Shown: piece by piece, positions 44,381 through 53,703 of the stretch | Layout: every line of letters starts with the position of its first letter | How positions within the stretch are numbered: the stretch's first letter is position 1 | Source of the DNA: an uncultured bacterium | GTDB taxonomy: Bacteria > Actinomycetota > Actinomycetes > S36-B12 | Direction of reading: 5' to 3' | DNA: 64,000 nucleotides | NCBI GenBank assembly: GCA_903909555.1 | Contig: CAIVWG010000051.1 | Location: 720-64,719 of the forward strand | Notes under the pieces: model-generated | The model's database searches: none | Told to the model about the DNA's origin: nothing | Seen by the model: only the letters and a program-made list of their open reading frames with translations | Translations under genes and position numbers: made by a program

Positions 44381-45242
44381 CGATGGGGTGCCAGACCGTC
44401 GTGGTCTCCACGAAGAAGCGCAGGCGGTCGAGGCCCGGCTGCTCCGCCCAGTCGGGCGCCTTCCTCGGGGGGACGAGCACCCGGGTGATGGTCTCCGCCG
44501 CGGCAAACTCCATCTCGGTGGCCAGGCCGTCGTCGTCCACCCCGGTGAGGTCGAGCGCGTTGACGTCGGCGTGCGAGGCCAGCCACGGTCCCATCTCGGC
44601 TGCGCGCCCGGTGAGGATGTTGACCACGCCGCCGGGGAGGTCGGACGTCGCGAGGACCTCGGCGAGTGCGATGGCCGGCAGCGGCCGCGACAGCGACGGG
44701 ATGACGATGCAGGCATTGCCGCTCACGATGATGGGCGCGACGACGCTCACCAGGCCCAGCAGGGACGAGCGCTCGGGTGCGATCGCGGCGACGACTCCCG
44801 TCGGCTCGGGCACGGAGAAGGTGAAGTAGGGGCCGGCGACCGGATTGCTCGACCCGAGCACCTGGGCGATCTTGTCCGACCAGCCGGCGTACCAGACCCA
44901 TCGATCGATGGACAGATCCACCTGCGAGGCCGCGCGTCGAGCGGAGATTCCCTCGGCCCTCGCCACCTCCTCCTCGAACTGCGCGCGGCGGCCCTCCATC
45001 ACCTCCGCGATCCGGTAGAGCACCTGGCCGCGGTTGTAGGCCGTTGCTCCCCACCAGGCGCCCTGCGCGGAGCGGGCCGCGCGCACGGCATCGCGGGCGT
45101 CCTTGCGCGACGCCAGGGAGGCATTGGCGAGGAACTTCCCCTTGGCGTCGGTCACCGCGTAGGTGCGGCCGCTCTCGCTGCGCGGGAACGCGCCGCCGAC
45201 GAAGAGCTTGTACGTCTTGCGTACCTCGAGCCGGGCGTCCAT
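44373..45242 (-). CDS. short aldehyde-dehydrogenase-family protein lacking the catalytic region
   Basis: 289 aa. N-terminus KTYKLFVGGAF and SGNACIVIPS (cofactor-domain motif) are ALDH-like. There is no ELGGK and no catalytic Cys motif, and the only Cys is in SGNAC. Confidence 0.75.
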   Translation of the reverse strand: MDARLEVRKTYKLFVGGAFPRSESGRTYAVTDAKGKFLANASLASRKDARDAVRAARSAQGAWWGATAYNRGQVLYRIAEVMEGRRAQFEEEVARAEGISARRAASQVDLSIDRWVWYAGWSDKIAQVLGSSNPVAGPYFTFSVPEPTGVVAAIAPERSSLLGLVSVVAPIIVSGNACIVIPSLSRPLPAIALAEVLATSDLPGGVVNILTGRAAEMGPWLASHADVNALDLTGVDDDGLATEMEFAAAETITRVLVPPRKAPDWAEQPGLDRLRFFVETTTVWHPIGV

Positions 45243-46675
45243 CACCCCTCCGTCCGCAGGTAGGCCGCGAGTCCCTGCCGGCCGCCCTCCCGGCCGAAGC
45301 CGGACTCCTTGTAGCCCCCGAACGGCGCGGCGGGGTCGAAGCGATTGAACGTATTGGCCCAGATGACCCCCGCGCGCAGGCGCGACGCCATCCACAGTGT
45401 CCGCGACCCCTTCTCGCTCCAGACGCCCGCGGACAGGCCGAAGGGCGTGTTGTTGGCCTTCTCCACCGCCTCGTCCGGAGTGCGGAAGGTGAGAACGGCG
45501 AGCACGGGGCCGAAGATCTCCTCGCGCGCGATGCGGTGCGCCTGCGTCACCCCCGTGAAGACCGTGGGCGGGAACCACCAGCCGCGCTCGGGGAGTGCGC
45601 AGGCGGCGCTCCAGCGCTCGGCGCCCTCATCGTCGCCGGCGCGCACGAGCTCCTCGATGCGCGCCCGCTGCTCGGCGGAGTTGATGGCGCCTACGTCGGT
45701 GTTCTTGTCGAGGGGATCCCCGAGACGCAGGGTGCTGAGGCGGCGCTTGAGCGCGTCGAGGACCTCGTCGGCGACCGACTCCTGCACCAGCAGGCGCGAG
45801 CCCGCGCAGCACACGTGGCCCTGATTGAAGAAGATGCCGTTGACGACCCCCTCGACGGCCTCGTCGAGGGGGGCGTCGTCGAAGACGATGTTCGCCGCCT
45901 TGCCGCCCAGCTCGAGGGTGAGGCCCTTGCGCGTACCCGCGACAGCCCGCTGGATCTGTCGGCCCACCTCCGTGGACCCGGTGAACGCGACCTTGTCGAC
46001 ATCGGGGTGCTCCACGAGGGCCCGCCCCGTGGCGCCGTCTCCCGTGACGATGTTGACCACGCCGGGCGGCAGATCGGCCTGCCGGCAGATGTCGGCGAAC
46101 GCGAGCGCGGTGAGTGGCGTTGTCTCCGCCGGCTTGAGGACGACGGTGTTGCCGCAGGCGAGCGCGGGGGCGATCTTCCACGCCAGCATGAGCAGCGGGA
46201 AGTTCCAGGGGATGACCTGGCCGGCGACGCCGTATGCGCGCGTGCCGTAGCCGGCGTACTCGAGCTTGTCAGCCCAGCCCGCGTGGTAGAAGAAGTGTGC
46301 GGCCGCGAGCGGGATGTCGACATCGCGGGACTCCCGAATGGGCTTGCCGTTGTCCAGGGTCTCGAGCACCGCGAGTTCGCGCGAGCGCTCCTGGATGAGG
46401 CGCGCGATCCGATAGAGGTACTTCGCGCGCTCGGAGCCCGGCATCCTCGACCATGTCGTGCGGTACGCCGTCCGGGCCGCGCGGACGGCGCGGTCGACGT
46501 CGAGCGGTCCCGCCTCGGTCACCTCGGCGAGCGCCTCCTCCGTGGCGGGATTGACGGTCTTGAAGGTCGCGCCATCGATCGGGTCGACGAACTCGCCGTC
46601 GATGAAGAGCCCGTACGACGGGGCGATGTCCACCACGGAGCGGGATTCGGGGGCGGGGGCGTAGTCGAAGGTCAC
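45242..46675 (-). CDS. aldehyde dehydrogenase (NAD(P)+)
   Basis: 477 aa. YGLFIDGEF, LELGGKAANIVF and the catalytic FFNQGHVCCAGSR are present. Confidence 0.9.
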   Translation of the reverse strand: MTFDYAPAPESRSVVDIAPSYGLFIDGEFVDPIDGATFKTVNPATEEALAEVTEAGPLDVDRAVRAARTAYRTTWSRMPGSERAKYLYRIARLIQERSRELAVLETLDNGKPIRESRDVDIPLAAAHFFYHAGWADKLEYAGYGTRAYGVAGQVIPWNFPLLMLAWKIAPALACGNTVVLKPAETTPLTALAFADICRQADLPPGVVNIVTGDGATGRALVEHPDVDKVAFTGSTEVGRQIQRAVAGTRKGLTLELGGKAANIVFDDAPLDEAVEGVVNGIFFNQGHVCCAGSRLLVQESVADEVLDALKRRLSTLRLGDPLDKNTDVGAINSAEQRARIEELVRAGDDEGAERWSAACALPERGWWFPPTVFTGVTQAHRIAREEIFGPVLAVLTFRTPDEAVEKANNTPFGLSAGVWSEKGSRTLWMASRLRAGVIWANTFNRFDPAAPFGGYKESGFGREGGRQGLAAYLRTEG

Positions 46676-46679
46676 GGCG

Positions 46680-47645
46680 TCAGTCCATCGTCACGTAGTC
46701 GGGTCCGGAGTAGTGGCCGGTGAGCATCCGCTGGCGCTGGAGGAGCAGGTCGTTGAGGAGGCTGGAGGCGCCGAAGCGGAAGAGGTCCGGCGTGAGCCAG
46801 GCGTCCCCGCAGGTCTCCTTGACCATGACGAGGTAGCGGATGGCGTCCTTGGCGGTGCGAATGCCTCCCGCAGGCTTCACGCCCACGCGGACGCCGGTCT
46901 CGCGGAACCAGTCGCGCACGGCCTCGAGCAGCACGAGCGTCACCGGGGGGGTCGCGGCGGGACTCACCTTGCCGGTGGATGTCTTGATGAAGTCGGCTCC
47001 CGCAAGCATCGCGAGCCATGACGCGCGGCGCACGTTGTCGTAGGTGCGCAACTCGCCGGTCTCGAAGATCACCTTGAGGTGGGCGGCGCCGCAGGCCTGC
47101 TTCACCGCGACGATCTCTTCGAAGACCTCGAGATAGCGCCCGGCGAGGAACGCGCCGCGGTCGATGACCATGTCGATCTCGTCGGCGCCGTTGGCCACGG
47201 CATCGGCGGTGTCCTGCAACTTCACCGCCAGGCTCGCCCGGCCGGAGGGGAAGGCCGTCGCCACTGCGGCGACGTGGAGGCGGTCGCCCACCGCCTCGCG
47301 GGCCAGTGCGGCCATGTCGCCGTACACGCAGATCGCCGCGACCGCGGGCACCGTGGGGTCGGTGGGATCGGGCCGCAGTCCCTTGGAGCAGAGTGCGCGC
47401 ACCTTGCCGGGGGTGTCCATGCCCTCCAGGGTGGTGAGGTCCACCATCGAGATCGCCAGGTCGAGGGCCTGCTCCTTGCTCGCCGCCTTGACCGAGCGTG
47501 TCGCGAGCATGGCGGCGCGTGCCTCCGCGCCCACCTGGTCGACGCCGGGCAGGCCGTGCAGGAGGCGGCGCAGACGGGCGTCGCTCTCCGCGACCTCGGA
47601 CATGCGCGCGGGTACGCCGTCGATCCGGGCCTCGGTGGCGGTCAC
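46680..47645 (-). CDS. deoC: deoxyribose-phosphate aldolase
   Basis: GTG 47645 overlaps the upstream stop (GTGA). DFIKTSTGK Schiff-base lysine motif, 321 aa. ATG 47603 is the alternative start. Confidence 0.88.
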   Translation of the reverse strand: MTATEARIDGVPARMSEVAESDARLRRLLHGLPGVDQVGAEARAAMLATRSVKAASKEQALDLAISMVDLTTLEGMDTPGKVRALCSKGLRPDPTDPTVPAVAAICVYGDMAALAREAVGDRLHVAAVATAFPSGRASLAVKLQDTADAVANGADEIDMVIDRGAFLAGRYLEVFEEIVAVKQACGAAHLKVIFETGELRTYDNVRRASWLAMLAGADFIKTSTGKVSPAATPPVTLVLLEAVRDWFRETGVRVGVKPAGGIRTAKDAIRYLVMVKETCGDAWLTPDLFRFGASSLLNDLLLQRQRMLTGHYSGPDYVTMD

Positions 47646-48184
47646 CCGGCCAGGGTATCCCCGCCCGCTCGGGCCTCCTCGCGCGCCGGCGACGGGGCCG
47701 AGCCGGGGGCCTGGGTCCGCGCGTACATGACGAGATCGTGGTGCTCGCCGTCCGCGCGGTACTGCGCCCCGCGGAGCACACCCTCTCGGTGGAAGCCCGC
47801 CTTCTCCAGGGCGCGCTGCTCGGCATGGTTGGCGACATCGGTGGAGGCCTCCACGCGGTACGCCGTCTCCAGGAGGGCGTCGGAGAGCAGTCGCTGCGCG
47901 AGACTGCCGACTCCCTGTCCGCGCGCGGCGGGCGCCAGGGCTAGGCCCATGCTCCAGGCGCGCGACCCGCGCGTCGGCCCGTAGAGCACAGCGTGCCAGG
48001 ACATCGTGCCCACGACGGTGCCGTCGAGGACGATCGCGGCGCGGTGATGGACGGGCTGCTCGTCGTCGGGCAGCCAGTCGTCGTCCCAGTCGTCCCACGC
48101 GGACGCCTCGTCAGGGCGTACATCCTCGGCCCTCAGGTCGCGGATCTCGAGGAGCCTGCCGTCCAGGTCGGCCGCGAGTCGCAC
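47642..48184 (-). CDS. GNAT-family N-acetyltransferase
   Basis: 180 aa. ARGQGVGSLAQRLL (QxxGxG) and NHAEQRALEKAGF motifs. GTG abuts the punA stop. Confidence 0.78.
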   Translation of the reverse strand: MRLAADLDGRLLEIRDLRAEDVRPDEASAWDDWDDDWLPDDEQPVHHRAAIVLDGTVVGTMSWHAVLYGPTRGSRAWSMGLALAPAARGQGVGSLAQRLLSDALLETAYRVEASTDVANHAEQRALEKAGFHREGVLRGAQYRADGEHHDLVMYARTQAPGSAPSPAREEARAGGDTLAG

Positions 48185-48994
48185 CTACATCCTCCGGAGC
48201 ACCTCGCCGAGGAGGCCGCCCATCCGCTGCGCTGCGTTGCGACCGGCCTCGAGCACCTCCTCGTGGCTGATGGGCTGGCCCGACATCCCCGCCGCCTGGT
48301 TGGTCACGAGGGAGATGCCGAGGATCTCCAGGCCCGCCTCCCGCGCGGCGATGGCCTCCAGTGCGGTCGACATGCCGACGAGGTCCCCGCCGAGCGTGCG
48401 CAGCATGTGGATCTCCGCGGGGGTCTCGTACTGCGGGCCGGGCAGCTGGACGTACACCCCCTGGTCCAGGGTCGGATCGACCTCGCGGCACAGGGCGCGC
48501 AGGCGCGGGGAGTACAGGTCGGTGAGGTCGACGAACGTCGCCCCGTGCAGGGGCGTCTGCCCGGTCATGTTGATGTGGTCGCGGACGAGCACCGGCGTGC
48601 CCGGCGCCCACTCCGGGCGGAGGCCACCGCATCCGTTGGTGAGGATCACGGTCCGGCATCCGGCGGCGGCCGCCGTGCGGACCGGATGCACGACGGCGTC
48701 GGCTCCGCGTCCCTCGTAGAGGTGGGTGCGCCCCACGAACACGAGGGCTCGGGTCCCGCCGGCATCGATGCTGAGCACTCGCCCCGCGTGCCCCGGCACC
48801 GTGGGCGCCGCGAACCCGGCAACGTCGGAGACGGAGGCGTCGGCGTGAGCGTCGCCGAGCAGATCCACGGCCGGAGCCCAGCCCGAGCCGAGAACCACCG
48901 CGACGTCATGGGTGTCGATCCCGGTGATGCGGGCGAGGTCGTCGGCGGACGCCTGCGCCGCGGCGACGGCGCGGTCGCCTCCCTCGCTGGCCAT
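48185..48994 (-). CDS. punA: purine nucleoside phosphorylase (trimeric PNP type)
   Basis: VVLGSGW..., VPGHAGRV, GRTHLYEG, ILTNGCGG, 269 aa. Confidence 0.88.
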   Translation of the reverse strand: MASEGGDRAVAAAQASADDLARITGIDTHDVAVVLGSGWAPAVDLLGDAHADASVSDVAGFAAPTVPGHAGRVLSIDAGGTRALVFVGRTHLYEGRGADAVVHPVRTAAAAGCRTVILTNGCGGLRPEWAPGTPVLVRDHINMTGQTPLHGATFVDLTDLYSPRLRALCREVDPTLDQGVYVQLPGPQYETPAEIHMLRTLGGDLVGMSTALEAIAAREAGLEILGISLVTNQAAGMSGQPISHEEVLEAGRNAAQRMGGLLGEVLRRM

Positions 48995-49015
48995 GGCGCG
49001 ACGCTATCGGTTCGC

Positions 49016-49459
49016 CTAGTCCCGGCTGGGGTGGGTGCGCAGTCCCTCGACGTAGTCCGCGGGGGCGCCTCCCGCCTCGGCCGCGTCGGCGATGATGGTG
49101 AGGTACTGCCGGGAGGGGAGCCCGCCCTCGTAGTCGTCGAGGACGTAGAGCCAGGCCAGCAGGTCGCCCTCGAGGGTCTCGACGCGCACCCGCACCTTGC
49201 GCCACAGGCCGAGGGAGGTGCCCTCCCAGGCGTCCAGGGAGGCTTCGTCGAGGGGATGCATGTCGTAGAGGACGACGAAGACCGAATGCCCGGGGTCCTC
49301 GACCACGGTGGAGAGGGCGCCGTCCCACCCGAGGTCCTCGCCGCCGAACGTCAGCCGCCAGCCGACCAGCCACCCGGTGGCGGCGACGGGAGAGTACGGC
49401 GCGCGCTCGGCCATCCGGTGAGGGTCGAGGTTGGAGCCGTACGCCGCGTAGAGCGCCAC
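49016..49459 (-). CDS. gamma-glutamylcyclotransferase-like (AIG2/GGACT fold) protein
   Basis: LYAAYGSNLDPHRM N-terminal YGS motif, 147 aa. Confidence 0.7.
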   Translation of the reverse strand: MALYAAYGSNLDPHRMAERAPYSPVAATGWLVGWRLTFGGEDLGWDGALSTVVEDPGHSVFVVLYDMHPLDEASLDAWEGTSLGLWRKVRVRVETLEGDLLAWLYVLDDYEGGLPSRQYLTIIADAAEAGGAPADYVEGLRTHPSRD

Positions 49460-49514
49460 GGCGCCAGGGTACGTCGGCCGACGCCGGCGCGGAGGCTTGC
49501 GCGAGAATCAGGCC

Positions 49515-50900
49515 GTGACATCGGTCGTGATCGTCGGGGCAGGGCCCGGGGGGTACGAGGCGGCCCTCGTCGCCGCCCAACTCGGGGCCGGGGTCGTCAT
49601 CGTCGACCCTCAGGGCCCGGGGGGCTCGGCCGTGCTCACCGACTGCGTCCCGAGCAAGACCCTCGTGGCGACCGCGGACATCCTGTCGTTCTCGTCGCGT
49701 ACCGGGCACCTGGGGATCCGCGTCGATGGCCGGGTGCCGGACGAGGGCTCCCTCAGCGTGGACCTGGGCGTCGTCAACCACCGCATCCTCGACCTGGCGC
49801 ACGCCCAGAGCCAGGACATCGCGGAGAAGCTCGCGCGTGAGGGCGCGGAGTACCTCCCGGGGCGTGCCCGACTGCTCGATGCCGGCCGGGTGCGCATCGA
49901 CCTGCCCTCCGGCGAGACGGAGGAGCGCGACGCCGACGTGATCCTCCTCGCCACGGGCGCCCGCCCCCGGCTGCTGCCCGAGGCGATGCCCGACGGTGAG
50001 CGCATCCTCACCTGGGACCAGCTGTACGCGCTCGACGACGTTCCCGCCCACCTGATCGTTATCGGGTCCGGTGTCACGGGGGCCGAGTTTGCCTCCGCCT
50101 ACCGCGCGCTCGGGTCGCGGGTGACCCTGGTCTCGAGCCGTGATCGCGTGCTCCCGAGCGAGGACCCCGACGCCGCCGGGGTGATCGAGGAGGCGTTCGC
50201 CGATCGAGGCATCACCGTGCTGGAGCGCTCTCGCGCGGCAGCGGTCCGGCGCGTCGGCGACGGTGTGGTCGTCGAGCTCGAGGACGGCCGCGAGGTGTCG
50301 GGGAGCCACGCCCTCCTCGCGGTGGGCTCCGTGCCCAATACCGAGGACCTCGGGCTCGCCGAGGCGGGCGTGCAGGTCGATGACCGCGGGTTCATCGTCG
50401 TCGACCGGGTGTCGCGCACCAGCGCCCGCGGCGTCTACGCCGCGGGCGACTGCACGGGGACGCTCATGCTCGCGTCGGTCGCCGCCATGCAGGGCCGCAT
50501 CGCGATGTGGCATGCCCTCGGCGACTCGGTGGCGCCGCTGGACCCTTCCCGCGTGGCGAGCACGGTGTTCACCACCCCGGAGATCGCGACGGTCGGGATG
50601 ACGCAGGCGGAAGCCGATACGACGCAGGCCCAGGCGCGGTGCGTGATGCTGCCCCTTGCCACCAACGCCCGGGCGAAGATGACCGATATCAGCCACGGCT
50701 TCGTCAAACTGTTCTGCTCGGCCGCGACCGGCATCGTCGTCGGCGGGGTGGTCGTCGCCCCGCGGGCGAGCGAGTTGATCTACCCCATCGCTCTCGCGGT
50801 GGACACGCGTCTCACCGTCGACCAGCTCGCCTCGACGCTCACCGTCTACCCCAGCCTGTCCGGCTCCCTCGCCGAGGCTGCCCGTCGGCTGCACGAGTAG
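49515..50900 (+). CDS. pyridine nucleotide-disulfide oxidoreductase family flavoprotein, LpdA-like (not a canonical dihydrolipoyl dehydrogenase)
   Basis: VVIVGAGPGGYEAA FAD fold. The redox-centre region reads GGSAVLTDCVPSK, a single Cys where Lpd has CxxxxC, as I recall for mycobacterial LpdA (NAD(P)H quinone reductase). GTG 49515 preferred; TTG 49497 is the track start. Confidence 0.8.
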   Translation: MTSVVIVGAGPGGYEAALVAAQLGAGVVIVDPQGPGGSAVLTDCVPSKTLVATADILSFSSRTGHLGIRVDGRVPDEGSLSVDLGVVNHRILDLAHAQSQDIAEKLAREGAEYLPGRARLLDAGRVRIDLPSGETEERDADVILLATGARPRLLPEAMPDGERILTWDQLYALDDVPAHLIVIGSGVTGAEFASAYRALGSRVTLVSSRDRVLPSEDPDAAGVIEEAFADRGITVLERSRAAAVRRVGDGVVVELEDGREVSGSHALLAVGSVPNTEDLGLAEAGVQVDDRGFIVVDRVSRTSARGVYAAGDCTGTLMLASVAAMQGRIAMWHALGDSVAPLDPSRVASTVFTTPEIATVGMTQAEADTTQAQARCVMLPLATNARAKMTDISHGFVKLFCSAATGIVVGGVVVAPRASELIYPIALAVDTRLTVDQLASTLTVYPSLSGSLAEAARRLHE

Positions 50901-51027
50901 GAGCCCCGGTCCTCCGGTTCCCGGGGAAGTCGCGCACGCGGCGGCCCGTGCGAGCGGCGAGCCCATCGCCGGGTGCCGCGCGCCAGGCTGGCGCGGCGCG
51001 GCTCGGCGAGGGTGGCAGGATCGGGCC

Positions 51028-52539
51028 ATGCCGTCTGATGCCGTGTCGCCGTACGTGTCCCGCAACCCCGCCCGCTTCGACGATGTCGTCGCGGAGTTCC
51101 CCCTCGCGTCCGTGTCCGACGTGGTCGCGGCGTGCCGGTCCGCGCATGCCGCTCAGGCCGGATGGGCCGCGGTCCCGGCCCCGGCGCGCGGCCGCGTCAT
51201 CGCCCAGGTGGGCCGCCTCTTCGAGGCCAACAAGGAGGCGCTGTCGCGCCTGGTGACGCGCGAGATGGGCAAGGTGTACGCCGAGGCCCTCGGTGACGTC
51301 CAGGAGGTCACCGACACGTGCGACTTCTTCCTCGGCGAGGGCCGCCGCCTCTACGGCCAGACGGTGCCCAGCGAGATGCCCGACAAGCAGCTCTTCACGT
51401 TCCGCGTGCCCGTCGGCACTGCGATGATCATCACCGCGGGCAACTTCCCGGCCGCGGTGCCCTCGTGGTACATCGTGCCCGCGCTCGTGGCGGGCAACAC
51501 GGTCGTGTGGAAGCCCGCCGAGCAGACGGCGACCATCGCTCGTGCGATGGCCGACATCTTCTACGCCGGCGGCGTGCCCCGCGAGGTCCTCCAGGTGGTC
51601 GTCGCGGACGGTGCGACGACGTACGAGGGCCTGGAGACCGCACTGCAGAACGGCGACGTGCAGAAGATCGGCTTCACCGGATCCACGGAGGTGGGTCGCC
51701 GGCTCAGCGAGCTGGCCGGACGCTTCCTGCAGTCGCCCTGCCTCGAGCTCGGCGGCAAGAACCCCATGGTCGTCATGCCCGATGCCGACCTCGACCTCGT
51801 CATCGAGGGTGCGCTCTTCGCCGGCTTCGGGACGGCGGGCCAGCGCTGCACCTCGCTGGGCACCCTGTGGGTGCACCGCAGCATCCACGACGAGGTGCTG
51901 CAGCGGTACGCCGAGGCGGTGGAGAGCGCCGTCATCGGCGATCCGTTCGCGCCGGTGCTCTACGGGCCCATGATCGACGAGAAGTACCTGCAGAATCATG
52001 AGAAGAATCTCGGGCTCATCCAGGACCACCAGTCGGTGTACGGCTCCACCGGGATCGGCCGGATCACCTCGGGCAATCCCCGGCGGGGCTTCGTCGGGGA
52101 TCCCGACGCGGGCTGGTTCGCCCATCCCACGATCGTCGACGGCATCCGGTCGGGGGATGCGCTCTACGCGACGGAGACGTTCGGCCCGCTCGTGGGCGTG
52201 GGCACGTTCGACACCCTCGATGAGGCCATCGACCTGGCCAATGGTCACGGCTACGGCCTATCGAGCGCGATCTACACCTCCGACCCCCAGTCCGTGTGGC
52301 GATTCCGCCAGGGCATCTCCGCGGGGATGATGTCGGTCAACAACTCCACCTCGGGCGCCGAGGCGCACCTGCCCTTCGGCGGGAACGGGCTCAGCGGCAA
52401 TGGGTCGCGGCAGAGCGGGATCTGGGTCCTGGACCAGTTCACGCGCTGGCAGGCGGTCAACTGGGACTACAGCGGCAAGCTGCAGAAGGCGCAGATGGAC
52501 GTGGCTGAGCTCCCCTACGATCCCGACTTCCGGCTGTGA
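51028..52539 (+). CDS. aldehyde dehydrogenase family protein
   Basis: 503 aa. VVWKPAEQT, CLELGGKNPMVV and the catalytic GTAGQRCTS are present. Confidence 0.88.
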   Translation: MPSDAVSPYVSRNPARFDDVVAEFPLASVSDVVAACRSAHAAQAGWAAVPAPARGRVIAQVGRLFEANKEALSRLVTREMGKVYAEALGDVQEVTDTCDFFLGEGRRLYGQTVPSEMPDKQLFTFRVPVGTAMIITAGNFPAAVPSWYIVPALVAGNTVVWKPAEQTATIARAMADIFYAGGVPREVLQVVVADGATTYEGLETALQNGDVQKIGFTGSTEVGRRLSELAGRFLQSPCLELGGKNPMVVMPDADLDLVIEGALFAGFGTAGQRCTSLGTLWVHRSIHDEVLQRYAEAVESAVIGDPFAPVLYGPMIDEKYLQNHEKNLGLIQDHQSVYGSTGIGRITSGNPRRGFVGDPDAGWFAHPTIVDGIRSGDALYATETFGPLVGVGTFDTLDEAIDLANGHGYGLSSAIYTSDPQSVWRFRQGISAGMMSVNNSTSGAEAHLPFGGNGLSGNGSRQSGIWVLDQFTRWQAVNWDYSGKLQKAQMDVAELPYDPDFRL

Positions 52540-53690
52540 CCGGGGCCGCCCTTCCGGACCGCGCGGATGTCGTCGTCGTGGGCGGCGGCGTCATGGGAGC
52601 CTCGGCGGCCTTCCACCTCGCGGAAGCCGGGGTGTCGGTGCTCCTCGTCGAGCGCGGGGAGCTCTCCGGCGGCTCCACCTCGCGCGCGGCGGGGGGAGTC
52701 CGCGCCAACTTCTCCGACGCACTCAACATCGCGCTCGGCCAGCGTTCGCTGGAGCTCTTCGGCCGATTCGGAGAGCGCCCCGGCCAGGAGATCGACCTCC
52801 ACCGCAGTGGCTACCTCTTCGTGCTCACGCGACCTGAGGACGTCGAGCTGTTCACGGCGTCCGTCGCCCTTCAGAACTCCCTGGGCGTCGAATCCCGGAT
52901 GGTGGATGTCGACGAAGCATGCCGGCTATCGCCGCTGCTCGACCCCGATGGCGTGCTGGGCGCGGCATGGTCGCCGAACGACGGGCACTGCACTCCGGAG
53001 TCAGTCGTGCTCGGCTACGCGACGGGCGCGCGCCGCCTCGGCGCCACGGTGCGCACGGGGGTGGAGGTCGTGGGCATCTCCACGTCCGGGGATGAGATCA
53101 CGTCCGTGGACACCACCGAGGGCAGCGTGAGCACCGGATGCGTCATCGACTGCGCCGGTGCCTGGTCGCCGGAGATCGCGGCGTACGTCGGCGTCGATCT
53201 TCCGGTGACGCCGTACAAGCGCGAACTTCTCATCACCGAGCCGATGCCCGATCCCGTCGATATGGCCTTCACCATCGATTACGCCACGTCCTTCTACTGG
53301 CATCGCGAGGGTCCCGGCATCCTCACCGGCTTCTCGCGCCCTGACATGGAGCCCGGTTTCGACACCTCCCGCGACGCGGACTTCCCCGAGCGGCTCGCCC
53401 AGCTCGCCGCAGTGCGCGCACCCCGGCTGCTCGACCTCGGCGTGCGCAGCGGGTGGGCGGGGCTGTACGAGACGACCCCGGACCACAATGCCCTGCTCGG
53501 CGAGTCGTCCCGGATCTCGCGCTTCCTCTACGCGACCGGCTTCTCCGGGCACGGCTTCCTCCAGGGCCCGGCGGTGGGAGAGATCCTGCGCGACATGTAC
53601 CTCGGGGTGACGCCGTTCATCGACGTGACCCCGCTCGATGTCGAGCGCTTCGCGCGCGGCGACCTGCGCCCTGAGCGCAACATCGTCTAG
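52536..53690 (+). CDS. FAD-dependent oxidoreductase (DAO/sarcosine-oxidase-beta-like)
   Basis: GTGA overlap with the ALDH stop. DVVVVGGGVMGASAAFHLAEAG dinucleotide fold, 384 aa. Confidence 0.82.
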   Translation: MTGAALPDRADVVVVGGGVMGASAAFHLAEAGVSVLLVERGELSGGSTSRAAGGVRANFSDALNIALGQRSLELFGRFGERPGQEIDLHRSGYLFVLTRPEDVELFTASVALQNSLGVESRMVDVDEACRLSPLLDPDGVLGAAWSPNDGHCTPESVVLGYATGARRLGATVRTGVEVVGISTSGDEITSVDTTEGSVSTGCVIDCAGAWSPEIAAYVGVDLPVTPYKRELLITEPMPDPVDMAFTIDYATSFYWHREGPGILTGFSRPDMEPGFDTSRDADFPERLAQLAAVRAPRLLDLGVRSGWAGLYETTPDHNALLGESSRISRFLYATGFSGHGFLQGPAVGEILRDMYLGVTPFIDVTPLDVERFARGDLRPERNIV

Positions 53691-53703
53691 CGGGCAAGGG
53701 TCC

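Noticed and set aside
49472-49483. Short perfect palindromes in spacers: CGTCGGCCGACG (49472-49483, GGCT/LpdA-like divergent spacer) and cgcgccag-g-ctggcgcg (50979-50995, before the ALDH gene).
   Set aside because: Inverted repeats with 6-8-bp arms are expected many times by chance in 64 kb of this composition, and there is no second copy or partner regulator nearby.
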